The notes under the pieces were generated by a model. It was given only the letters and a program-made list of their open reading frames with translations. It was not told the DNA's origin and made no database searches. DNA of 64,000 nt from Actinomycetota bacterium. GTDB taxonomy: Bacteria > Actinomycetota > UBA4738 > HRBIN12. A program made the translations under genes and the position numbers. The stretch spans positions 12,786-76,785 of the forward strand of contig JBBEAY010000023.1 of the NCBI GenBank assembly GCA_040882605.1, written 5' to 3'. Below are positions 44,844-53,050 of the stretch, one piece after another. How positions within the stretch are numbered: the first letter of the stretch is position 1; each line of letters starts with the position of its first letter.

Positions 44844-45253
44844 ACGAGACAACGAGCTGGCGCGGCCAGGAGGGCATGGTCGGCAAAACCGCGGTGATCT
44901 GGCTCGCCCTCGCCGCGCTCATCGTTGTGGCCGGGCTCGACGTCGTGGCGATCGGACGCAGCACCTTCCGGCTCTCGGAGATCGCATCCGAGGCCGCGAG
45001 CACGGGGGCAGCCAACTACCAGAGCGAAGGCCGGAGCGAGACCAAGGCGTGTGAGGCCGTGGCTGCCAGCGTGGAAGCGCTCGACCCGAACTTGAAGCTC
45101 GGGCGCAACGCCTGCCGGGTCGACGGCGAGAGCGGGCAGGTCACGGTGACCCTGAAGGTCGTCGCCGACACGATCCTCGCCGGCCGCCTCGGTCCCACCG
45201 AGGGATTCGGCCAGGTCGTGGTGACGGAGACCGCCGGCATCTCCAACGTGTAG
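44840..45253 (+). CDS. Hypothetical membrane-anchored protein (TadE/TadG-like N-terminus?)
   Basis: The last 137 codons of the 715-aa artefactual ORF. ATGA overlap with the murJ stop. Single TM segment AVIWLALAALIVVAGLDVVAIG. Confidence 0.45.
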   Translation: MNETTSWRGQEGMVGKTAVIWLALAALIVVAGLDVVAIGRSTFRLSEIASEAASTGAANYQSEGRSETKACEAVAASVEALDPNLKLGRNACRVDGESGQVTVTLKVVADTILAGRLGPTEGFGQVVVTETAGISNV

Positions 45254-45264
45254 CGTCCGAGGCC

Positions 45265-45882
45265 GTGACCGAGCCCGAGCCCGACGAGGACCTCGTCCGG
45301 CGCTTCCGAGCAGGCGAGACCGACGCTTTCACTGCGCTGGTTCAGCGGCACCAGCAGCGCGTGTACTACGTCTGCATACGTGTCCTGGGCGACGCCGACG
45401 CTGCGGCCGACGTGGCGCAAGACACATTCCTCACGGTGCTCCGCAAGATCGACGGGTTCCGAGGCGAAGCGGCGTTCACGACGTGGCTGCATCGCGTCGC
45501 GGTGAACGCGTGCTACGACGAGCTGCGCCGCAAACGACGCCGGCCGATGCTGCACGTCGTGGCCGATGGCGATCGCGAGCACGAGCCGGGCCCACCGGTG
45601 GCCGATCATGCCGACGAGGTCGCCGGCACGCGTGACGCGGCGGCAGCGCTCGCCCTCGTGCCCGAAGAATTCAGGGTGGCGTTGGTGCTCGCAGACGTGC
45701 ACGACATGGCGTACCAACAGATCGCTCAGGTGCTCGAGGTGCCGATCGGCACAGTGAAGTCCAGGGTGCACCGGGGTCGCCTCGCCCTGGGCAAGGCCAT
45801 GGGCCTCACACCCGGCGGGACCGGCGGTCTCGCCGATCGGGAACCCGCAGCGAGGCCGGGGGCGTCGGAGGTGGAACCGTGA
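45265..45882 (+). CDS. ECF sigma factor (SigM-like position)
   Basis: LVRRFRAGETDAFTALVQRHQQRVYYVCIRVLGD (region 2) and VLADVHDMAYQQIAQVLEVPIGTVKSRVHRGR (region 4). Confidence 0.85.
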   Translation: MTEPEPDEDLVRRFRAGETDAFTALVQRHQQRVYYVCIRVLGDADAAADVAQDTFLTVLRKIDGFRGEAAFTTWLHRVAVNACYDELRRKRRRPMLHVVADGDREHEPGPPVADHADEVAGTRDAAAALALVPEEFRVALVLADVHDMAYQQIAQVLEVPIGTVKSRVHRGRLALGKAMGLTPGGTGGLADREPAARPGASEVEP

Positions 45883-46667
45883 CTCATCCCCTCGAACAGC
45901 TCGCCGGCGCCGTCGACGGCACCCTTGCACCCGCAGAACGCGCCACGCTGACGGAGCACCTGCGATCGTGCACGTCGTGTCGTGATGAGGTGAAGGTGGC
46001 GGCCGCCGCCAGAAGCGCCCTCAGGGCGATGCCCGCGCCGGCGGCACCCGACCTCGCAGCTGGGTTCACACCCGATCGCATCGCCGCCCTTACCTCCTCC
46101 GTCTCCTCGACGGTGCACTCGCCCTGGTCACGCAGGGTCGCCCCCGCCCTGGCGGCATCCGCGATCGTCGCGGTCCTCGCCCTGGTCGTGCCCCGCCTGG
46201 GCTCCTCGTCGAACGACAGGAATATCGCGGCAAGCGGTCCAGCAACGGCCGACGTCGTGACCGACGGCCCCGTGCGGCTGCAGCTCGAAGACACCGACTA
46301 CGACGTCGTCACCCTGAGCCAACTCACGGGCGAGCTCACCGCCTCGCTCGGCGCCGATACCACCGGTTCCACCGATGATGTTTCGGCGATCGAGGTGGGC
46401 TCCGGGGCTTCGGTGTCTAGCACTCCGAACGAGCAGCGGTTCGTGGGGAACGCGACGCGGCAGGCGGTCGCGTGCCTGAACAAGGCCTTCCCCCGCTACC
46501 CCGGCGAGATCGTCCAGGTGAGGCAGGCAGCGTTCGAGGGCGAGCCGGCCTACCTCGCCGTCGTGCTCGAGAGCGAGCCCGACGGCGCGCCCGCCGACGC
46601 CGTGTCGATCTGGGTCGCGGCGATCGAGGATTGCTCGATCCTGACCGTCACCCCGAAGAGCCTGTAG
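45879..46667 (+). CDS. Anti-sigma factor (zf-HC2 type) with TM and extracytoplasmic domain
   Basis: The N-terminal [12 protein letters not shown] (H-x3-C-x2-C) and TM segment [18 protein letters not shown]. 4-nt overlap with the sigma gene. Confidence 0.65.
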   Translation: MTHPLEQLAGAVDGTLAPAERATLTEHLRSCTSCRDEVKVAAAARSALRAMPAPAAPDLAAGFTPDRIAALTSSVSSTVHSPWSRRVAPALAASAIVAVLALVVPRLGSSSNDRNIAASGPATADVVTDGPVRLQLEDTDYDVVTLSQLTGELTASLGADTTGSTDDVSAIEVGSGASVSSTPNEQRFVGNATRQAVACLNKAFPRYPGEIVQVRQAAFEGEPAYLAVVLESEPDGAPADAVSIWVAAIEDCSILTVTPKSL

Positions 46668-46759
46668 CGCCGGCGCCTCGATCGCCGCAGCCGAAACCAC
46701 CTTTGGAGCATGCGCCGGGAATACCCCAGCGTTCTTGGCTGTGGGAGGATTTGCGGACC

Positions 46760-47698
46760 ATGACCGACGAACGCAGCGTGATCGTGATCGGATCGGGCCC
46801 CGCCGGCTACACGGCGGCGCTCTACGCGGCTCGGGCCAACCTCGCTCCCCTAGTGCTCAAGGGGCTCGAAGCCGGTGGACAGCTCATGCTGACGACCGAC
46901 GTGGAGAACTATCCCGGGTTCCCCGACGGCCTCTTGGGACCCGAGATGATGGACCGATTCGAGAAGCAGGCGGCACGCTTCGGCACCGAGATCCTGCCCG
47001 TTCACGTCACCGAGGTCGACCTGTCGAGCCGTCCCTTCCTCGTGAAGGCCGGCGATCAGGAATGGCGGGCACAGACGCTGATCGTCGCAACTGGTGCGAG
47101 CGCCCGGTGGTTGGGCGTACCGGGCGAGGAACAGCTCCGCGGCAGAGGCGTGAGCGCATGCGCGACGTGCGATGGATTCTTCTTCCGCGATCGCGAGCTT
47201 GTGGTGGTTGGCGGAGGAGACACCGCCATGGAAGAGGCGACCTTCCTCACGAAGTTCGCCTCGAAGGTCACGATCGTGCACCGGCGCGACGAGTTCCGGG
47301 CCTCGAAGATCATGCAGGATCGCACGCTCGCGAACCCCAAGATCGAGGTGATCTGGAACGCGACCGTGAGCGAGATCCTGGGTGATGGCGGCGTCACCGG
47401 CGTGCGACTCACCGACACCGTCACCGGCGAGGAGCGTGAGATGACGACCGACGGAGTCTTCATGGCGATCGGACACGATCCCAACACCTCGCTGTTCTTA
47501 GGACAGCTCGAGCTCGACGAGAACGGGTACGCGATCGTGCAGGAACCGCGCACGCTGACGAACCTTCCAGGTGTGTTCGCGGCCGGTGACGTGACCGATA
47601 CGATCTATCGGCAAGCCGTGACCGCGGCCGGCCAGGGCTGCAAAGCCGCGATCGACGCCGAGCGATTCCTCGAGGAACAGGCGCATACGAACGTCTGA
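46760..47698 (+). CDS. trxB: Thioredoxin-disulfide reductase
   Basis: Trimmed to [31 protein letters not shown] redox centre, [15 protein letters not shown] site, and the GDV FAD motif. Confidence 0.9.
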   Translation: MTDERSVIVIGSGPAGYTAALYAARANLAPLVLKGLEAGGQLMLTTDVENYPGFPDGLLGPEMMDRFEKQAARFGTEILPVHVTEVDLSSRPFLVKAGDQEWRAQTLIVATGASARWLGVPGEEQLRGRGVSACATCDGFFFRDRELVVVGGGDTAMEEATFLTKFASKVTIVHRRDEFRASKIMQDRTLANPKIEVIWNATVSEILGDGGVTGVRLTDTVTGEEREMTTDGVFMAIGHDPNTSLFLGQLELDENGYAIVQEPRTLTNLPGVFAAGDVTDTIYRQAVTAAGQGCKAAIDAERFLEEQAHTNV

Positions 47699-47763
47699 TC
47701 GTGGGAATCACCCCCGAGGAGCGAGCGTTTGCACGCATGACGACTCATAGGAAGAGGGAGAAG

Positions 47764-48099
47764 ATGACGACCATGGCGAACGTGAACAGCGTGAACGATC
47801 AGGAGTTCCAGGGGGCGGTGCTCGATTCCGAGACCCCCGTGCTCGTGGACTTCTGGGCGGAGTGGTGCGTGCCTTGCCACATGGTCTCACCGGTGGTCGA
47901 GGAGATCGGGCAGGACAAGGGCGAGACCCTGAAGGTCGTGAAGCTGAACATCGACGAGAACCCGCAGGCCACGCGCACCTACGGCGTGATGAGCATCCCA
48001 AGCCTCATCTTGTTCAAGGGAGGGCAAGAGGTGGCGCGCGTGATCGGCGCGAAACCGAAGGACGCGATCCTGCGCGACATCGAACCGCACCTGGTCTAA
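47764..48099 (+). CDS. trxA: Thioredoxin (active site WCVPC)
   Basis: 111 aa from MTTMANV with a GGGAGAAG RBS. Thioredoxin fold pattern VLVDFWAEWCVPCHM...YGVMSIPSLILFKGG. Confidence 0.85.
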   Translation: MTTMANVNSVNDQEFQGAVLDSETPVLVDFWAEWCVPCHMVSPVVEEIGQDKGETLKVVKLNIDENPQATRTYGVMSIPSLILFKGGQEVARVIGAKPKDAILRDIEPHLV

Positions 48100-48103
48100 C
48101 CGG

Positions 48104-49168
48104 TTGCCGCGAGGCACGGCGGCGGGGCAGACTCGTGATGTGCGCATCTACCGCCTCGGCGACGAAGGCCGCGAGGTCGGCGACATCCAAGAACGCCTGA
48201 TCGGGCTCGGCCTCACGATCGACGGCCACGAGCTCGCCGGACATTTCGAGGCGTCGACAGACGAAGCCGTTCGGGCGTTCCAGGCTCGTCGCAGCTTACG
48301 AGTCGACGGGCTCGTCGGGCCAGACACCTGGGGCCAGCTCGTCGAGGCCGGCTACCGGCTCGGCGACCGGACCCTGTACCTGCACTCTCCGTTCTTCCGA
48401 GGCGACGACGTGCGAGCCTTGCAGCGCAAGCTGAATGCGCTGGGCTTCGACGCCGGCCGCGAGGACGGCATGTTCGGCGCCGGCACGGATCGCGCGATGC
48501 GAGAGTTCCAGCGCAATGTGGGCGACGAGCCCGACGGCATCGTGGGGCCGCACGCGATCGAGACGCTCGAGCGCATGCGTCCGCTCGAGTCGGCGCCGAG
48601 CCGCGCGGTGGTTCGGGAAGCCGAAGAGCTCCGCAGCACACGCCCCTCGATCGAGATGCAGGTGCTCGCCATCGACCCCGGCGACCCGGCCGACACCGGC
48701 GGGGCGTGCACCTACTCGGTCGCAGAAGTGCTCCGTGATCAGCTCATCGCGATGGGCGCCAAGCCGGTACTGCTTCGCGAACGCGATGAGCGGCTCGGGC
48801 CCACCGAACGCGCTCGCGCGGCCAACGAGCTGGGCGCGGCCATGTGCGTCTCGATCGGGCTCGCGACCGGCTTGCCGCAGGCCTCAGGACCCACCGTGTC
48901 CTACTTCGGGAGCGAGCACACGCATTCTCCCGCCGGCATGTTGCTGGCCCAGCTCATCCTCGAGCAACTCGAGGCAGCGCTCGGAACCACGGGCCGCCTG
49001 CAGCCACTCGCGATCTCGATGCTGCGAGAGACCCGCATGCCCGCGGTGCAGATCGAGCCGGCGTTCCTGACGAACACACGCGAGGCTTCGCTCATCGATG
49101 ATCCGCGGTTCGCCGACCGCGTAGGCGTTGCCGTCGCGGCAGGCGTCAGGCGCTTCTTCGCCGGCTGA
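48104..49168 (+). CDS. cwlM: CwlM-like N-acetylmuramoyl-L-alanine amidase with two peptidoglycan-binding domains
   Basis: Two PG_binding_1 repeats (VRAFQARRSLRVDGLVGPDTW; MREFQRNVGDEPDGIVGPHA) and a C-terminal Amidase_3-like domain. Start is TTG 48104 or GTG 48140. Confidence 0.8.
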   Translation: MPRGTAAGQTRDVRIYRLGDEGREVGDIQERLIGLGLTIDGHELAGHFEASTDEAVRAFQARRSLRVDGLVGPDTWGQLVEAGYRLGDRTLYLHSPFFRGDDVRALQRKLNALGFDAGREDGMFGAGTDRAMREFQRNVGDEPDGIVGPHAIETLERMRPLESAPSRAVVREAEELRSTRPSIEMQVLAIDPGDPADTGGACTYSVAEVLRDQLIAMGAKPVLLRERDERLGPTERARAANELGAAMCVSIGLATGLPQASGPTVSYFGSEHTHSPAGMLLAQLILEQLEAALGTTGRLQPLAISMLRETRMPAVQIEPAFLTNTREASLIDDPRFADRVGVAVAAGVRRFFAG

Positions 49169-49304
49169 CGAGACGGATCAACGCTCCGAGCATCACTCCG
49201 AGCATCGCGGCGCGGATCGCGCGATCGCGATCGGTGGGGTGGGGTCGCGAGGTGGCGGGCTCGTCTCGCGGAGGGCTCGACATCGCGGGCTATGCTACGC
49301 GCCC

Positions 49305-50267
49305 ATGCGCTTCTGCCTGATGCTCGAAGGACAGGAAGGCGTCACCTGGCCCGACTGGCTCGGCGCCGCGCGGATCGCCGAACGGCTCGGGTTCGAAGCG
49401 ATCTTCACCTCTGATCACTACCTATCGGTCATGCCTGATACCGGTCGCGACCGCGGCTCGTCCGACGCTTGGACGATGCTGTCGGCCCTCGCTGCATCGA
49501 CCGAAACGATCCGGCTCGGCACGATGGTGTCGCCGGTCACGTTCCGCCCCCCGGCCGTGCTCGCCAAGGCCGCGGTGACGGTCGATCGGGTGAGTGATGG
49601 GCGGGTCGAGATCGGCATGGGCGCAGGCTGGTGGGAAGAGGAACACCGCGCCCACGGCTTCGCGTTCCCCGACACGCCGACGCGGTTCGACATGCTCGAA
49701 GAGCAGCTCGAGGTCGTACACGGACTTCTGACGCAAGAGCGGTTTACGTTCCAGGGCAATCATTACCAGCTCGACGACGTACCCTTCGCATCTAAAGGGG
49801 TTCAGGAGCCGCATCCACCCATCGTGATCGGGGGCGGCGACGGCCCGCGAGTTGCGGCGCTCGTCTCGCGTTGGGCCGACGAGTTCAACACGGTCGGCCC
49901 GTCGCCCGAGCAGGCGCGTGAGCGGTTCGGGGCAGTGCGCGATCGGCTCGACGCCGACGGTCGAGATCAGCACACGCTGACCACCTCGGTCATGACGTGG
50001 TGCTACGTGGGCGAGACCGAGTCCGACGCCATGCGCGTGATCGAGAAGGCTCGCGCCAGAGCGATGCGGGTCGCGCGGTTCGAGGACGAGCTCGAGGAGC
50101 TCCGGGCGCATTGCATCGTTGGCTCGACGGATCAGGCCGTCGAGCGATTGAACGAGTACGCCGCGGCGGGAGTGCAGAGGATCATGCTGAATCACGAGCT
50201 CTTCGACGACCTCGAGATGCTCGAGGTGTTGGCTGAGCGCGTCTTCCCGCAGGTGGATTCGATGTGA
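49305..50267 (+). CDS. LLM-class F420-dependent oxidoreductase
   Basis: Trimmed to MRFCLMLEGQEG. SDHY, GMGAGWWEEEH and GGGDGPR motifs of the luciferase-like family. Confidence 0.8.
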   Translation: MRFCLMLEGQEGVTWPDWLGAARIAERLGFEAIFTSDHYLSVMPDTGRDRGSSDAWTMLSALAASTETIRLGTMVSPVTFRPPAVLAKAAVTVDRVSDGRVEIGMGAGWWEEEHRAHGFAFPDTPTRFDMLEEQLEVVHGLLTQERFTFQGNHYQLDDVPFASKGVQEPHPPIVIGGGDGPRVAALVSRWADEFNTVGPSPEQARERFGAVRDRLDADGRDQHTLTTSVMTWCYVGETESDAMRVIEKARARAMRVARFEDELEELRAHCIVGSTDQAVERLNEYAAAGVQRIMLNHELFDDLEMLEVLAERVFPQVDSM

Positions 50268-51028
50268 GCGATTGGCCGAAGGTCGTGCTGATCACCGGCG
50301 GGGCGGGCGGCATGGGTCGCGCGACCGGAACACGCTTCAGGCGCGAGGGTGCGACCGTGGTGCTGGCGGACCTCGCAGCCGACGCGCTCGACTCGAGTTC
50401 GCGCGAGGTGACGGGCGCCGACACGGTGCTCGCCGACGTCAGCTCGGTGGCTGACTGCGAGCGCATGGTCGCGACGACGCTCGAGCGCCACGGACGTCTC
50501 GACGTGCTCGTCACCGCCGCTGGCGTGTGGGTTGAGGGCCCCAGCGCCGAGATGACCGAGGAGCAGTGGAACCGCACGATCGACGTGAACCTCAAGGGCA
50601 CGTTCTTCGCGTGCCGCTCAGCGATCCCCGCCCTCGTCGCGAGCGAAGGCTGCATCGTGGCGATCTCGAGCGACTACGGTCTGGTCGGCGGTCCGGGTGC
50701 CGCGATCTACTGCGCATCGAAGTTCGGAGTCAACGGCATCGTGCGTTCGTTGGCGCTTGAGCTTGCGCCGCAAGGGGTTCGCGTGAATAGCATCTGCCCG
50801 GCCGACGTCGACACGCCCATGCTCGCCGGGCAGGCGCGCGACTTCGGAGACGGCGACGAGGCCAGGTACCTCGCGACCTTGATGGCCACGCTCCCCCAGG
50901 GCGGCCGCGCCAGGTTCATCCGGGCCGACGAGATCGCGTCGGTGGTCGCGTTCCTCGCATCGGCCGAGGCCACACCGATCACGGGACTCTGCATGCCGGT
51001 CGAATGGGGTGTCACGGCCGGGTACTGA
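50264..51028 (+). CDS. Short-chain dehydrogenase/reductase (SDR)
   Basis: TGGAGGMG cofactor motif, the YCASK catalytic motif (YxxxK), and NSICPADVDTPM. Confidence 0.85.
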   Translation: MSDWPKVVLITGGAGGMGRATGTRFRREGATVVLADLAADALDSSSREVTGADTVLADVSSVADCERMVATTLERHGRLDVLVTAAGVWVEGPSAEMTEEQWNRTIDVNLKGTFFACRSAIPALVASEGCIVAISSDYGLVGGPGAAIYCASKFGVNGIVRSLALELAPQGVRVNSICPADVDTPMLAGQARDFGDGDEARYLATLMATLPQGGRARFIRADEIASVVAFLASAEATPITGLCMPVEWGVTAGY

Positions 51029-51080
51029 ACCGGATACCGAGTCCGTAGAGCGAGACCTGAGATCGAGAGAAGATAGCTAG

Positions 51081-51353
51081 ATGAACGAATGGCTCATCGT
51101 CTTCCCGTTCGCATTGGTTTCGCTGGCGGGCCTGATCTTCTGGGTGTGGGCGCTAGTCGACGCGATCGGCGTGAGCGACGACTCGCTGTACCGGACGGGC
51201 TCGAAGCTGTTGTGGGTGCTCGTGATCGTGTTCACCGGGGCCATCGGCGCCATCATCTATCTCGCGATCGGGCGTCCGGAGCGCGGGGCGCAGCCTCGTG
51301 CAACATCGACGCCCCCGGCGCCTCCCGGATCCTTGCCACCGCCGCCTGGCTAG
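51081..51353 (+). CDS. PLDc_N-domain small membrane protein
   Basis: 90 aa with two TM segments. The WVWALVDAI...KLLWVLVIVFTGAIGAIIYLAIGRP pattern of PLD-nuclease N-terminal domain proteins. Confidence 0.7.
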   Translation: MNEWLIVFPFALVSLAGLIFWVWALVDAIGVSDDSLYRTGSKLLWVLVIVFTGAIGAIIYLAIGRPERGAQPRATSTPPAPPGSLPPPPG

Positions 51354-51825
51354 GGCGAACACGGCCGCTCGAACCAGGTGCGGCTCGGCGCAACCGGCGC
51401 CCTACAGGCACCGGACCTCGTCGGCACGATCTTCATCGATGCGGGCGACCAGATCGCGGTCGAGGCACCTGCCTGCGCTTACCGTGTTCGGTGCGTACGA
51501 ACCCGATAGCCGCAGAGCGACAACGACGACGACGGAATGATCATCGACCAGCTCGAAGAGACGCTCGTCCGCGGGCACCAAGCTCGTGTTCACGGCCAAC
51601 TACGGCAATCTGCTAGTATGACCGCCTCATACGGGTCCGGAGCAACGGCTCACGGGCACTGCCGGGAGGCGGGTAATCCCGATCGTCCACGACCCCTGCG
51701 GCATTGCTACGGAAGGGCGATCAGCTGCCCGGGCTGCGAACCCTCACCCCCACCAACGTGATATCTACTTCGGCTCGGTCTCGAAGGTCTCCTCCCCTGG
51801 TGTCCGCGTGGGTTGGGCGCCGCCC

Positions 51826-52110
51826 CTCTGCGCGGTACACGGCGGGAGCGAACGACACTACGCGCCGGCTCGGCTCGACGATGACGTCGCGACCCGCGTG
51901 CCGAGAGCGGCACTCGAAGCGGGGGCCGCTCTCGGGCTTCACCACGTCACCCCACGTCACATGATCGTCGACGGAGCGGGCGAGCTCTGGGTGCTCGAGG
52001 CCAACGTCTCCCCCGGCATGACCGAGACGAGCCCTTCCGATGGGCGCCTGAGCGGTCCGGTATGGAACTGCCCGACCTGTGTGACGCGGTCACCCGTTCG
52101 GCGCTTACGA
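51826..52110 (+). pseudogene. ddl: Relic of the C-terminal third of a D-alanine--D-alanine ligase gene
   Basis: ...YAPARLDDDVATRV...ALG...IVDGAGELWVLEANVSPGMTETS matches the Ddl C-terminus (LLEANTSPGMT). It continues only after a stop and frame changes (ALPMGA*, then MELPDLCDAVTRSAL). No N-terminal or ATP-grasp core is present. Confidence 0.5.
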
Positions 52111-52150
52111 GGAGCCACGCCCGAACCTACGTGGCGCTCGCCTCGGGCCC

Positions 52151-53050
52151 TCAGTCGGGAGCGAGTCCCGGCCCCGACCCAACTATCTCGGAGACGATCC
52201 GGTCGAGGTCGTCGACGGACCCGAAATCGATGATGACGCGGCCTCTCTTCTTGGAGTACTGGATCTGTACACGGGTCGCGAGCTGCTCAGACAGGATCTC
52301 TTCGATCTCGCCCATGCCGGTATCGGTGGGCGGCCCGGAGGTGTCACCGGTCGGAGCAGTCTGCTTCTGGGTCGCAGGTTCTAGGTAGCGGCGCACCAGA
52401 TCTTCGGTTTCTCGAACCGACAGGTCCTCGGCAGCCACGCGCAGCGCCAGGGTGTTCATGGCCTCTGCCTCCCCGAGCGACAACAACGTGCGAGCGTGCC
52501 CCGCCTGGATCTTCTCGTCGGTGAGGAGCTGCTGGGTCTCGAGAGGAAGCTGCAACAGCCGGATCGTGTTGGCGATGTGTGACCTCGACACACCGACGCG
52601 ATCGGCGAGGGCTTCCTGCTTCAGGCCGAGATCCTCGAGCAACTGGCGGAAGGCCTCGGCAAGCTCGATCGGCCCAAGGTCTTGGCGATGGATATTCTCG
52701 ATAAGCGCCTCGCGGAGCAGGTCGGCGTCATCGGTGTCGCGCAGCACAACCGAAACGGTGGCGAGTCCGGCCACCTTCGCGGCGCGAAGCCGCCGCTCGC
52801 CGGCAACCAGCTCGTACCCGTTCTCCCCGGCTCGTCGCACCACGATCGGTTGCAGGATGCCAACCTCTCTGATCGAGGCAGCGAGCGACTGGATCTCGTC
52901 GGAGTCCCAACGGGTGCGCGGCTGCTTCGGGTTGGGCGCAACGGCGTTGATCGGCACTTCGAGGAGCCCGGACGCGCCCTCACCGGTCTCTGGCGCGCCG
53001 GGGATGAGTGCAGAGAGTCCTCGCCCAAGACCACCTCGCTTCGACATCAT
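52151..53050 (-). CDS. parB: Chromosome partitioning protein ParB
   Basis: GGLGRGLSALIP, the ParB box LQPIVVR...YELVAGERRLRAAK, and the HTH region. ATGA overlap with the parA stop. Confidence 0.9.
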   Translation of the reverse strand: MMSKRGGLGRGLSALIPGAPETGEGASGLLEVPINAVAPNPKQPRTRWDSDEIQSLAASIREVGILQPIVVRRAGENGYELVAGERRLRAAKVAGLATVSVVLRDTDDADLLREALIENIHRQDLGPIELAEAFRQLLEDLGLKQEALADRVGVSRSHIANTIRLLQLPLETQQLLTDEKIQAGHARTLLSLGEAEAMNTLALRVAAEDLSVRETEDLVRRYLEPATQKQTAPTGDTSGPPTDTGMGEIEEILSEQLATRVQIQYSKKRGRVIIDFGSVDDLDRIVSEIVGSGPGLAPD

